A stretch of 47,558 bases of DNA. Origin: Alphaproteobacteria bacterium. GTDB taxonomy: Bacteria; Pseudomonadota; Alphaproteobacteria; Rs-D84; NBLK01. This document shows, one piece after another, positions 1 to 7,991 of the stretch. Numbering within the stretch: the first letter of the stretch is position 1; each line of letters opens with the position of its first letter. A program made the position numbers and the translations under genes. The stretch is from positions 1 to 47,558 of the forward strand of contig JAFGVS010000001.1 in the NCBI GenBank assembly GCA_016937865.1. The letters are read 5' to 3'. The notes beneath the pieces are model-generated. The model was not told the DNA's origin and ran no database searches. It saw only the letters and a program-made list of their open reading frames with translations.

Positions 1-22
1 ACAAAAAGATCATCTTGTTCCG

Positions 23-2233
23 TCATTGCTTTTTCACCAATACTGTTCGTTTGCCACTCGTGTTGGGGGCAGAAATGACACCACGATCTTCCATTTGTTC
101 AATCAATGTTGCGGCCCGGTTATACCCGATGCGAAGCTGTCTTTGAACATAGCTGGTCGAAGGACGATCGCTTTCGATCACAACTTGAACCGCTTTTTCA
201 TAAAGCTCATGGTCTTCTTTTTCTCTTCCTCCATCCAAGGCTTGATCTAATACGGACGGGGCTTGGTCTGTTTTTTCTTCGACAACGGTATGAATATATT
301 TAGGTTTTTCTTGCGCCTTTAAAAATTCCGCCACTTTTTGGGCTTCTTTTTCCGTCGCAAATGGTGCATGAACACGCACAGGGTTGCGCCCTGCCGCCAT
401 ATACAACATATCCCCATGATCTAATAATTGTTCCGCCCCTTGGCGTTCTAAAATGGTGCGACTGTCGATTTTCGAAGACACTTGGAAACTAATTCGGGTT
501 GGGAAGTTGGCTTTAATCACTCCTGTGATAACATTCACGGACGGACGTTGCGTCGCCATAATCAAATGGATTCCAGACGCCCGGGCCATTTGGGCCAAAC
601 GCTGGATAGAGGCTTCGACTTCTTTCCCGGCCACCAACATTAAATCGGCCAGCTCATCAATAATGATGACAAGGTAAGGGTAAGGTTTTAAGTCAATCGG
701 ACGTTCTTCATATTGTGGACGTCCGGTTAAAGAATCAACGCCGACTTTGACACGATGTTTGACGACTTGTTTTTTGGCCAAAATGTCATTGACGGTTTTG
801 TTATAGCCTTCCAAGTTTTTCACGCGGAGTAAGGCCATTTTTCGATACCGTTCTTCCATTTCACGCACGGCCCATTTCAACGTATTGACCGCTTCGTTTG
901 GATTGGTAACAACGGGCGTTAACAAGTGTGGAATATCATCCCAATCTTTGAACTCCAACATTTTGGGGTCAATCAGAATTAAACGGCATTCTTCCGGTTT
1001 TAATCGATAGAGTAAAGATAAAATAACGGTCCGAATAAAGACAGACTTACCAGATCCTGTGCGTCCAGCGACCAATAAATGAGGCATTTTTTCCAGAGGC
1101 ACGACAACGGTGTCTCCTCCAATATCACTCCCCAAAATAATCGGCAAAGAATAAGAGACGTCTTTGAAAGATCCACTGTTTAAACTCTTTTTTAAATACA
1201 CGATTTGACGTTTCATGTTCGGCAGCTCGACCCCAATGCGATTGGTACCAGGCAGTGGCGCAATGCGCAGCGTATCGAGACTCATGGAACGCGCGACGTC
1301 TTCGGCTAAACTGACAACCTTGGATGTTTTCGTTCCAGACGAAGGTTCAAATTCATAGAGCGTGACAACAGGTCCAGGATGAAAAGCCTTGATAGATCCT
1401 TCGACTTTAAATTCGGCAAAAAAATGTTCCAACATTTTCGCATTTTGCATCTGCATGGTTTTCGTTTCACCGGCATTGGTTGCTGTTGGCACATCTTGCA
1501 ACAAAGAAACAGGGGGCAATTGGAAGGTGGCACGTTTAGGGACCTGCATTGGCGCTACAGTACGTTGGAGAGGCAATTTTTGTTGCACCAGTTTTTTAGG
1601 GGTTCTAGGCGCAGATGCATAATTGGGTGCCGGAGACATAGGCATCAGCTTTTGCTTAAAGAGGACATAAAAAGATCGCAACCACGCGACGCATTTTTGT
1701 TCGGCGTAAGCCACATCTTTAAAAGTGAACGCAAAAGAGTTTAAGAAAAGAAAGGCACTTAAAACAAATCCACCGAGCACGGCAAAAAAAGAAACGAAAT
1801 CTAAGCCAAGCATCGTAAAAAGAAGATTCAAAGAATAGCCCAAGCTATATCCGATCAAACCACCGACAAAAGAATCCGTTGTGATTAGATTAAAAAACAA
1901 AGAAAGCGTTGTCGAAAAAGTAAACAGCAAGAAAACAAAAAAGAGCGCGCGCTTTAAACGATCTTCGATAAACGATAGTCGTATAAAAAAGAAAGGAATA
2001 AATAAGGCGCTCACCCCAAAGAGGAAAAATAAAACATCTGTGCTCCACGCGCCAGTGGTTCCCAATAGGTTTGTCGTAAAAGGACTCGTGGTGTGCCAGG
2101 CATTATCCCAAGAAGAGGCGCTGATAAACGACAACAACAACCCAAACCCAACGGCGACAAAAAAAAGCTCGATCAACCAGTCGATGCGACGCCCCGCTCC
2201 GCGGACATAAAAAGCACGTAAAAATCTTAACAT
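23..2233 (-). CDS. ftsK: DNA translocase FtsK
   Basis: N-terminal multi-TM region. Motor domain has Walker A (LLVAGRTGSGKSV) and ILIDPKMLEF. C-terminal gamma winged-helix (STSYVQRQLRIGYNRAATLIEQMEDRGVIS). Confidence 0.95.
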   Translation of the reverse strand: MLRFLRAFYVRGAGRRIDWLIELFFVAVGFGLLLSFISASSWDNAWHTTSPFTTNLLGTTGAWSTDVLFFLFGVSALFIPFFFIRLSFIEDRLKRALFFVFLLFTFSTTLSLFFNLITTDSFVGGLIGYSLGYSLNLLFTMLGLDFVSFFAVLGGFVLSAFLFLNSFAFTFKDVAYAEQKCVAWLRSFYVLFKQKLMPMSPAPNYASAPRTPKKLVQQKLPLQRTVAPMQVPKRATFQLPPVSLLQDVPTATNAGETKTMQMQNAKMLEHFFAEFKVEGSIKAFHPGPVVTLYEFEPSSGTKTSKVVSLAEDVARSMSLDTLRIAPLPGTNRIGVELPNMKRQIVYLKKSLNSGSFKDVSYSLPIILGSDIGGDTVVVPLEKMPHLLVAGRTGSGKSVFIRTVILSLLYRLKPEECRLILIDPKMLEFKDWDDIPHLLTPVVTNPNEAVNTLKWAVREMEERYRKMALLRVKNLEGYNKTVNDILAKKQVVKHRVKVGVDSLTGRPQYEERPIDLKPYPYLVIIIDELADLMLVAGKEVEASIQRLAQMARASGIHLIMATQRPSVNVITGVIKANFPTRISFQVSSKIDSRTILERQGAEQLLDHGDMLYMAAGRNPVRVHAPFATEKEAQKVAEFLKAQEKPKYIHTVVEEKTDQAPSVLDQALDGGREKEDHELYEKAVQVVIESDRPSTSYVQRQLRIGYNRAATLIEQMEDRGVISAPNTSGKRTVLVKKQ

Positions 2234-2375
2234 ACAAACAGTATATCAAAGATCGGCAAAAAGGAAAAGGGTTTTGTGTGATTGAGATGAATGGGTGGCA
2301 CACTAACTTCTTGTGAAGGAAATATTGCATCTAAAAAGGATTGAAATTTGTATGGTATCAGAATACAGTTAATGT

Positions 2376-3155
2376 ATGAAATATGGCGGAATAGAAGATT
2401 TAAAGGAAGAAACCTGGCAAAGCCTTTTGAGCAATGCTAATAGTGATTTTATAAGCATGCTCTTGCTATGGTATTCTGGAATTAATATGCGAAGCACATA
2501 TTTTTGGATGTTTTCTCATACAATTGAAAAATATTTAAAATCTTATCTGTTAAAACCACATCCCCTTCATAAAGAAACATTAATTTCTACAAAAGAACTT
2601 AAGTCTATACGTGAAAAAGGACATTCTATAGGCGACTTATGGAATAAATACAAAGAAGCAACAAGAAATACTTCAACAACAAAACCAAAATTAAATGAAG
2701 CATTCGATCAAATCATAAAAGATATTTCCACAATTAAAACAAAAACAAGATACTCTTCTGCATCAGGATCTTCATCGGATGGATTCTTATACTTTTACAT
2801 AGTTTTATGTAGCCTTCTAAGACATCGAATTATTGGGAAAACAGAATATCGAAAATCTTTGTATGGATTAGAAGATTCCTGTTTCTACCCTATGATTTAC
2901 TCTCCAACGAGTGAGGGGTATGGAAAAATAATTGTAAAGAAAATGTTGCATGTAATTTTGGAACATGCAGGTTCTTTTACAAACTTAGGATCTGTTAACA
3001 ACATGAATCTTGAAGAGTATTCAATTTCCAATACAGCTATTGGGGAGAAATTAAAAGATTGTCCTATTTGCAAGGGTTCCTCAACAGATAAATTATCTAT
3101 GATTAAATTTTACAGAGATATTCATCCGGAAGGTTTAAAAAAAGATACAAAATAA
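2376..3155 (+). CDS. Hypothetical protein with an HEPN-like N-terminal helical region; orphan, AT-rich
   Basis: 259-aa ORF. Hand-counted GC of two 60-nt samples is 25-33%, against 38-52% in ftsK samples. Helix pattern FSHTIEKYLKSYLL ... KGHSIGDLWNKY resembles the HEPN fold signature (xxEKxLKxxL ... H-x-L-x-x-L). No clear Rx4-6H motif. C-terminal CPICKG. The functional call is weak. Confidence 0.5.
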   Translation: MKYGGIEDLKEETWQSLLSNANSDFISMLLLWYSGINMRSTYFWMFSHTIEKYLKSYLLKPHPLHKETLISTKELKSIREKGHSIGDLWNKYKEATRNTSTTKPKLNEAFDQIIKDISTIKTKTRYSSASGSSSDGFLYFYIVLCSLLRHRIIGKTEYRKSLYGLEDSCFYPMIYSPTSEGYGKIIVKKMLHVILEHAGSFTNLGSVNNMNLEEYSISNTAIGEKLKDCPICKGSSTDKLSMIKFYRDIHPEGLKKDTK

Positions 3156-3282
3156 TATTTCATGGCTGGAAAGGTTAGACATAATCCGAACGGGTGACCA
3201 TGAAAGCGTTTTAGATATTTATCATTTATGTAAAACGTATATCCGATCCTGTTCCGATGGCATTAAAGAGGTTAAAAAGGTA

Positions 3283-3309
3283 TAGAAAAGCTCCCGAGTA
3301 GGGAGCTCT
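3283..3309 (-). terminator. Rho-independent terminator downstream of the orphan DUF4402-like gene
   Basis: Stem AGCTCCC (3289-3295) / GGGAGCT (3301-3307) with a 5-nt loop, followed on the minus strand by a U-run (plus-strand AAAA at 3285-3288). Confidence 0.6.
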
Positions 3310-3319
3310 AGAAGTGAAA

Positions 3320-3853
3320 TTAATAATTTACAGTAATTGTATATCCGGATCCACCAGAATTGGCAGAGGAATATGTTCCGGCCGTTTCTGCTCCGGAAAA
3401 AGTAATTTCCCCAATTACATTAAATGAAGCAAGTCCTGAGGCATCTAAAATTAGTGAGCTTGTGTGTTCATGGCTTCCTGCAGGTATAAAGTAAGGTTCA
3501 AAAGTAATAAGATGGCCTGATCCATCACTTAAGATGCCTGTGGCGCCTAGGTTTATATTAACTCCTGTGTTTGGTGCGCCAGTAAGAGCAATTTGTCCAT
3601 AATGCGTTGTTCCGCTACAAACATACGTTGCAGGGCAGCTTACAAGTCCGCCTGAAAATCTATTTAGTCCAACTGTTTGAGGACCAGTCCCAGGATCTAT
3701 TGCGATAGTTCCGAAGTTAATATTTGCAGAGTTAGTGATTGTTAGTGGATTAGAAAGTTCTGCTTGAGCATGACCTGATCCGGTTGCTGCCATTACGCCT
3801 GAAGCAAAAAAGATGCTCAACGCAAAGGTAGATGATTTAAATAAAGTATTCAT
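3320..3853 (-). CDS. Secreted DUF4402-like putative fimbrial subunit (orphan paralogue of 27318-28873)
   Basis: I start it at the internal ATG at 3853, preceded by GGAG (tttaaaGGAGaaaaatATG). Signal peptide MNTLFKSSTFALSIFFASGVMA|[11 protein letters not shown]. Shares [24 protein letters not shown] and the C-terminal AGTYSS.N.GGSGY.ITVNY with the three tandem genes. Confidence 0.8.
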   Translation of the reverse strand: MNTLFKSSTFALSIFFASGVMAATGSGHAQAELSNPLTITNSANINFGTIAIDPGTGPQTVGLNRFSGGLVSCPATYVCSGTTHYGQIALTGAPNTGVNINLGATGILSDGSGHLITFEPYFIPAGSHEHTSSLILDASGLASFNVIGEITFSGAETAGTYSSANSGGSGYTITVNY

Positions 3854-3891
3854 ATTTTTCTCCTTTAAAAGCGTGTAGAACGCACAGTCAA

Positions 3892-3920
3892 AATATACCA
3901 TAAAATAAGGAAGTGTACAA
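3892..3920 (-). promoter_or_regulatory. Sigma70-like promoter for the orphan subunit gene
   Basis: Minus strand reads TTGTAC (3915-3920), a 17-nt spacer, then TGgTATATT (extended -10; TATATT at 3892-3897). It lies about 40 nt upstream of the ATG. Confidence 0.45.
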
Positions 3921-3969
3921 GGGGAATAGATACTACTAAGTAGGCCTTGAACAAAATATTGTGAAAAAA

Positions 3970-4001
3970 CTGGGGAACTTGGACTCGAACCAGGATTGAC
4001 A
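3970..4001 (-). pseudogene. Truncated tRNA-Gln gene (3' T-arm and acceptor fragment only)
   Basis: Minus strand reads ..TCAAT CCTGG TTCGAGT CCAAG TTCCCCA G. This gives a T-stem/loop (one C.A mismatch), a 3' acceptor strand ending CCCCA, and discriminator G. These resemble the U1:A72/G73 hallmarks of bacterial tRNA-Gln. I could not fold a matching 5' acceptor strand, D-arm or anticodon arm; the sufE stop codon lies 10 nt away. Confidence 0.5.
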
Positions 4002-4010
4002 GAATATAAA

Positions 4011-4376
4011 TTAAGAACCCTCGATCCGTTCAATAATCGTCTTCAGCCCATTTTGACGCTGGGTTGAAAGAATATTGTTTAGACCGAGTTTTTCCAAAAA
4101 ATCAAAAACTGATTCGTTAGATTTTTCCGCATAAAAGGTTTTCAACAAAACCAACAGCCCTTTGACGATAATCGAATCACTATCTGCCATAATAGTTTTG
4201 GTGCCATTGGCATTATAGGTAATGTCTAGATCAACTTTCGACGCACATCCCGTCACACAGTTGAATCCTTTTTTCGGCTGGTCCTTTAAAGATCGCCCTA
4301 AATCGACTACGGCATCCATCCGCTCTTCATCGGTTTGAAAATAGCCAAACATGCTTATGAGATCTTGTTTGTTCAT
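4011..4376 (-). CDS. sufE: SufE-like cysteine desulfuration (sulfur acceptor) protein
   Basis: 121 aa with the SufE-type motif CVTGCASKV. ATGA start/stop overlap with the upstream gene. Lies in an operon with sufS. Confidence 0.8.
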   Translation of the reverse strand: MNKQDLISMFGYFQTDEERMDAVVDLGRSLKDQPKKGFNCVTGCASKVDLDITYNANGTKTIMADSDSIIVKGLLVLLKTFYAEKSNESVFDFLEKLGLNNILSTQRQNGLKTIIERIEGS

Positions 4377-4981
4377 GAAATTTCTTTCACGGTAATATGC
4401 TTATCCAATCGGGATTTTGGCGTGATAGAAGGCTGATTTGAATCGGTGGCTTTTCGTTTGCCAATTGCAACGGAAAACAGAACCTGTTCTGTGTTTGAAT
4501 CTAATTTTAAAATATCCATATAGGCCTTTGGGTCAATGCCTTCCAGTGCGCTCGAATCAATACCTTCAAAACCGAGAGAAGCCATTAAAAATCCCAGCGA
4601 TAAATAAACTTGATTTTCCAGCCAAGATTCGATTTCGGACGTGCTCATTTGGTCTTTGATATAAGTCGTATAATAATGTTGTGCCATTTCGGAGGCATGA
4701 TTTTGGGTTTGTGCTTCAAAAGCTTTTTGTTTTAAAGCGGAAAAGACAATCAAAGCAGAGGCATCGTTAATTTTTTCTTTATTAAAAGCAGAGGCTGCCG
4801 CAAGCTCTTTTTTAACCGCTTTATTTTCAACAAAATAAAATCGCCACGGCTGGGAATTAATAGATGAAGGCGCGTAGCGTAAAACATCAATAATTTTATT
4901 TTTTTCATCGTTAGACAAAACATACGTTGGATCATATTCTTTTGTCGTATAACGGGATGTTATCATTTCATGGCTATTCAT
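4373..4981 (-). CDS. NAD(P)H nitroreductase family protein
   Basis: RYTTKEYDP ... LRYAPSSINSQPWRFYFV is the classic nitroreductase N-terminus. Start chosen at the ATG at 4981, preceded by AAGGAAA; the longer ORF start at 5041 would overlap the upstream gene. Confidence 0.8.
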   Translation of the reverse strand: MNSHEMITSRYTTKEYDPTYVLSNDEKNKIIDVLRYAPSSINSQPWRFYFVENKAVKKELAAASAFNKEKINDASALIVFSALKQKAFEAQTQNHASEMAQHYYTTYIKDQMSTSEIESWLENQVYLSLGFLMASLGFEGIDSSALEGIDPKAYMDILKLDSNTEQVLFSVAIGKRKATDSNQPSITPKSRLDKHITVKEIS

Positions 4982-4994
4982 CAGGTTTCCTTTT

Positions 4995-5387
4995 TTATAA
5001 TAAGTCGAGTTCATACCGAGCTTCTTCGGAAAGCCGATCAAGCGTCCAAATAGGATCCCAAATTAATTTCACAAAAACTTCACCGGCTTCATCCAGTTCG
5101 GCAACGGCGTGCGCAGAATCATGCACCAGTTTTTCGGCATAAGGACACGTCGGTGAGGTTAGAGTCATTTCAATTTTAACGTCTCCGCTTTGGTCGATAT
5201 CAATACGATAGATAAGGCCTAAATTATAAATATCAATCCCAATATCTGGGTCTTCTACGGTTTTCAAGGCATTAATGACCTGTTTTTCCGTCGGACAGAT
5301 CGGGGGCGTGTTTTTTTGCCCCGCAGAGGTCGAAAAGTCCGGCATGTCTTGGGTTTTAATATCTAAAATGTTATTTTTTTCGGTCAT
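4995..5387 (-). CDS. DUF59/SufT-like Fe-S assembly protein (MIP18 family)
   Basis: ALKTVEDPDIGIDIYNLGLIY ... EMTLTSPTCPYAE is the typical DUF59 signature with the conserved TxxxCP. Confidence 0.8.
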   Translation of the reverse strand: MTEKNNILDIKTQDMPDFSTSAGQKNTPPICPTEKQVINALKTVEDPDIGIDIYNLGLIYRIDIDQSGDVKIEMTLTSPTCPYAEKLVHDSAHAVAELDEAGEVFVKLIWDPIWTLDRLSEEARYELDLL

Positions 5388-5769
5388 ATTTTTCCATTTG
5401 TTTATATATGAAGTAGCTTAGCAAAAGAGAAAACGGCATTGCAACAAGCCCAACAACCGGAACCACAAAAACAGCAAATGCGGACAGCGGATCCGGGGGG
5501 CCAAAAAGCAACATCCAAACCACCCAACAACTGGCGACAAAAGTGGGCATGGTGCCACTAAGCGCAAAAGCAGAGGTCAGCTGGGGGCACGCAAAATAAA
5601 GAACGATAAATAAAATCAGGGAAGGCAGGGCAAAAGAAGAAAATGTAATTAACGTTGGCAGCCAATGCGGAATTTGATCGGATTGAAAAGCGGCTTCTGA
5701 AAATAAAGCGACGAACCCAATCAAAGGCGAAAGTAAAATCAAAAAATGATGCAGGCTAAATTTAGACAT
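5371..5769 (-). CDS. Hypothetical integral membrane protein (about 4 TM) embedded in the suf operon
   Basis: 132-aa hydrophobic ORF. Its ATG shares one nucleotide with the sufS TGA (TGATG), and its 3' end overlaps the DUF59 gene by 17 nt. Confidence 0.6.
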   Translation of the reverse strand: MSKFSLHHFLILLSPLIGFVALFSEAAFQSDQIPHWLPTLITFSSFALPSLILFIVLYFACPQLTSAFALSGTMPTFVASCWVVWMLLFGPPDPLSAFAVFVVPVVGLVAMPFSLLLSYFIYKQMEKYDRKK

Positions 5770-6956
5770 CAGCGTAGTTTTCCTAAAGCTTTTTCGGTTT
5801 CATAAAGGGTCGCATCAACATCTTCCTTTGTGTTATACATCCCAAGTGAAAAACGCAAACTGGGTTTGGAAAGGTTCATCGAACAATGTAAGGGATGGGC
5901 ACAATGTTTCCCGGCGCGCACACAAACATCTTTCATCCCAAGTAGGGAGGCAAGATCCGTCGCGGACACACCATCAAAACGACAAGATAAAAGGCTTTTA
6001 TTGCCACTGCCTAAAATAAGTCCTCCCTGATTCTCTAGTCCTGTTTTTAAAGACGTTAAAAGTTTTTCTTCCGCTTGGAGAATTCCAGAAAAATCGATGT
6101 CAGAAAGCCATTTTACAACGGCCGCCAAACCAATGGCTTGGGCAACAACAGGTGTGCCGGCCTCCCAACCTTGTGGGAAAGGCTCCGGGGTAAAGGAGTC
6201 CGTTTGTACATCAGAAATCATGCCACCGCCTAAAAAAGGTGAAATCATATTTGCCGGGTCTTTGATATAAAGCACGCCGACACCGGTCGGACCATAGAGT
6301 TTATGACCGGAAAAAACATAATAATCACAATCTAAATCTGGCAAGCTGATGTCGGTGTTATGACAAATATGCTGTGTGCCATCAAAAATAATTTTGGCGT
6401 CATATTGGTGGGCAAGCGCAACGAGTTTCTTTAAATCCGGTTTTTGCCCTAAAACATTTGAAAGGGCGGACAAAGCAATCAGGCTGACGGTGCCACTTTT
6501 TAATTTTTCTTCGACAAAGTCCAGATCCACAAAGTCTTTTGCGTGATAAGGGGCGATATGTAAAGGAATATTTTTTTCTTGTGCCAATGCCATCCAAGGC
6601 AGGAAGTTGCTGTGGTGTTCAATTTCGCTTGTCAAAATCCCTTTGATGGGCTTAGAACGATAATAGAGGGCCAGTTTATTGAGGCCATCTGTGGCACCGC
6701 TGGTAAAAGCAATATGATCTTTTTGTGTGCCTAAATAGGTCGCGATGATTTCACGGGCGTTTTCATATAAATCCGAAGCCGTATTTGCCAAAGCATAGCC
6801 AGCACGATGGACGGGGCCATTTTCATACGCATAAAAGGAACTCAGGACGTCAATTAAAATCTGAGGTTTTAAAGCAGTTGCCGCAGAATCAAAATAACGG
6901 AGGTTTGGATTTTTTGAAAAAATAGGAAAATTTTCTTTCATTGTTCTATTCGACAT
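5769..6956 (-). CDS. sufS: Cysteine desulfurase SufS (class V aminotransferase)
   Basis: PLP-lysine motif SGHKLYGPTGVGVLY. Catalytic cysteine loop VRAGKHCAHPL. Confidence 0.9.
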   Translation of the reverse strand: MSNRTMKENFPIFSKNPNLRYFDSAATALKPQILIDVLSSFYAYENGPVHRAGYALANTASDLYENAREIIATYLGTQKDHIAFTSGATDGLNKLALYYRSKPIKGILTSEIEHHSNFLPWMALAQEKNIPLHIAPYHAKDFVDLDFVEEKLKSGTVSLIALSALSNVLGQKPDLKKLVALAHQYDAKIIFDGTQHICHNTDISLPDLDCDYYVFSGHKLYGPTGVGVLYIKDPANMISPFLGGGMISDVQTDSFTPEPFPQGWEAGTPVVAQAIGLAAVVKWLSDIDFSGILQAEEKLLTSLKTGLENQGGLILGSGNKSLLSCRFDGVSATDLASLLGMKDVCVRAGKHCAHPLHCSMNLSKPSLRFSLGMYNTKEDVDATLYETEKALGKLR

Positions 6957-7156
6957 TTAAAAGAAGATGCTTTTTATGTCGATAACCCTTTCATTTTTTA
7001 TTTTAATCTATCAATCTGTATTTAAAAACATTTTTCACGTTCTTGGATTTAAGCCTTCATAGGACGTATATTGATTCCTTTATTTTATTGACTAAATGAT
7101 TAGGAGGATGTTAGATTCATCCTAACTAAAGTAGTCTAAACAATAAGGAGAAAGCA

Positions 7157-7468
7157 ATGCAACAAATTAGTGATGCACAATTCGAAGAAAAAGTATTAAA
7201 AGCCAAAGGTGTTGCCGTTGTCGACTTTTTTGCACCATGGTGTGGCCCATGTAAACAATTCTTGCCAATTATTACACAAGTTTCTGAAGAACTCGGCGAT
7301 AAAGCTGGGATTTATAAAATGAATGTGGATGAAGATCAAAAATATGCAGGCGAATTTGGCGTGAGATCTATTCCAACGATTCTATTTTTCAAAGACGGTG
7401 AATTACAAGACACACATATTGGATCTATGGACGCAGATACATTGAAATCAAAAATTCAAGCGTTATAA
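7157..7468 (+). CDS. trxA: Thioredoxin
   Basis: 103 aa with the WCGPCK active site. Strong RBS (AAGGAGAAAGCAATG). Confidence 0.95.
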   Translation: MQQISDAQFEEKVLKAKGVAVVDFFAPWCGPCKQFLPIITQVSEELGDKAGIYKMNVDEDQKYAGEFGVRSIPTILFFKDGELQDTHIGSMDADTLKSKIQAL

Positions 7469-7479
7469 AAGGACGGATA

Positions 7480-7908
7480 ATGAATTACAAAACAATTAAA
7501 TTAGAAAATGGGTATAAACCTTCGGATAAAGAACCGTTTATGTGTGAGAAACACCGCGCCTATTTTTATAAAAAACTATTGGATTGGCAAGATGAGTTAG
7601 AACGACAAATTCAAGATACCTTGGCACGTTTGAAAGAATCTGCAAAAGATTTACAAGGCGCGGCGGATGAAGTAGACCGTGCGAATGAAGAAGCCGAACA
7701 ATTACTTGGAATGCGGAAAGTGGAAAGAAATCGACTACTCATTAAACAGATTCAAAAAGCGTTTGCCCGCTTAGATAACAAAAATTATGGGTATTGCGTC
7801 GACACAGGCGAACCAATTGAATTAGAGCGTCTGGAAATTCGCCTGATTGCAACGCGCACAGCGGATGCACAAGCAAATCATGAAGACAATGATTTAAAAC
7901 AAGCCTAA
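7480..7908 (+). CDS. dksA: RNA polymerase-binding transcription factor DksA (single-Cys variant)
   Basis: Coiled-coil with the acidic tip (ADEVDRANEEAE). C-terminal YGYCVDTGEPIELERLEIRLIATRTADAQ. Confidence 0.88.
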   Translation: MNYKTIKLENGYKPSDKEPFMCEKHRAYFYKKLLDWQDELERQIQDTLARLKESAKDLQGAADEVDRANEEAEQLLGMRKVERNRLLIKQIQKAFARLDNKNYGYCVDTGEPIELERLEIRLIATRTADAQANHEDNDLKQA

Positions 7909-7925
7909 GATAAAAAATAAAGAAT

Positions 7926-7957
7926 AAAAAAAGCGCCGTAATTGGCGCTTTTTTTTA
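7926..7957. terminator. Bidirectional rho-independent terminator between dksA and the usher-like gene
   Basis: Stem AAGCGCC (7931-7937) / GGCGCTT (7944-7950) with a 6-nt loop, flanked by an A-run upstream and a T-run downstream. Confidence 0.7.
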
Positions 7958-7991
7958 GCATCTGTTTAAAAAAGTTTCAGAAGACTCTTAT

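Noticed and set aside
3160-3285. Possible small gene (..LDIIRTGDHESVLDIYHLCKTYIRSCSDGIKEVKKV*) resembling a GNAT N-terminus
   Set aside because: There is no ATG/GTG/TTG start in frame, it covers only about 40 codons, and the similarity is a by-eye impression. I treat it as a possible remnant, mentioned under the island finding, and do not annotate it.
3854-4033. N-terminal 60-codon extension of the ORF-track entry 3320..4033 (MNGSRVLNLYSVNPGSS...)
   Set aside because: The extension reads through the tRNA-Gln fragment and overlaps the sufE 3' end. The internal ATG at 3853 has a GGAG SD and starts a perfect signal peptide homologous to the three paralogues, and a promoter-like element lies inside the extension.
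6970-7065. 31-codon hydrophobic ORF (MLFMSITLSFFILIYQSVFKNIFHVLGFKPS) in the sufS-trxA spacer
   Set aside because: It has no RBS, and the hydrophobic translation is what T-rich AT-rich DNA would produce by chance. It cannot be supported from sequence alone.
7480-7908. DksA lacking three of the four zinc-finger cysteines
   Set aside because: Cys-poor DksA variants are, to my knowledge, common in alphaproteobacteria, so this is not unusual enough to flag.
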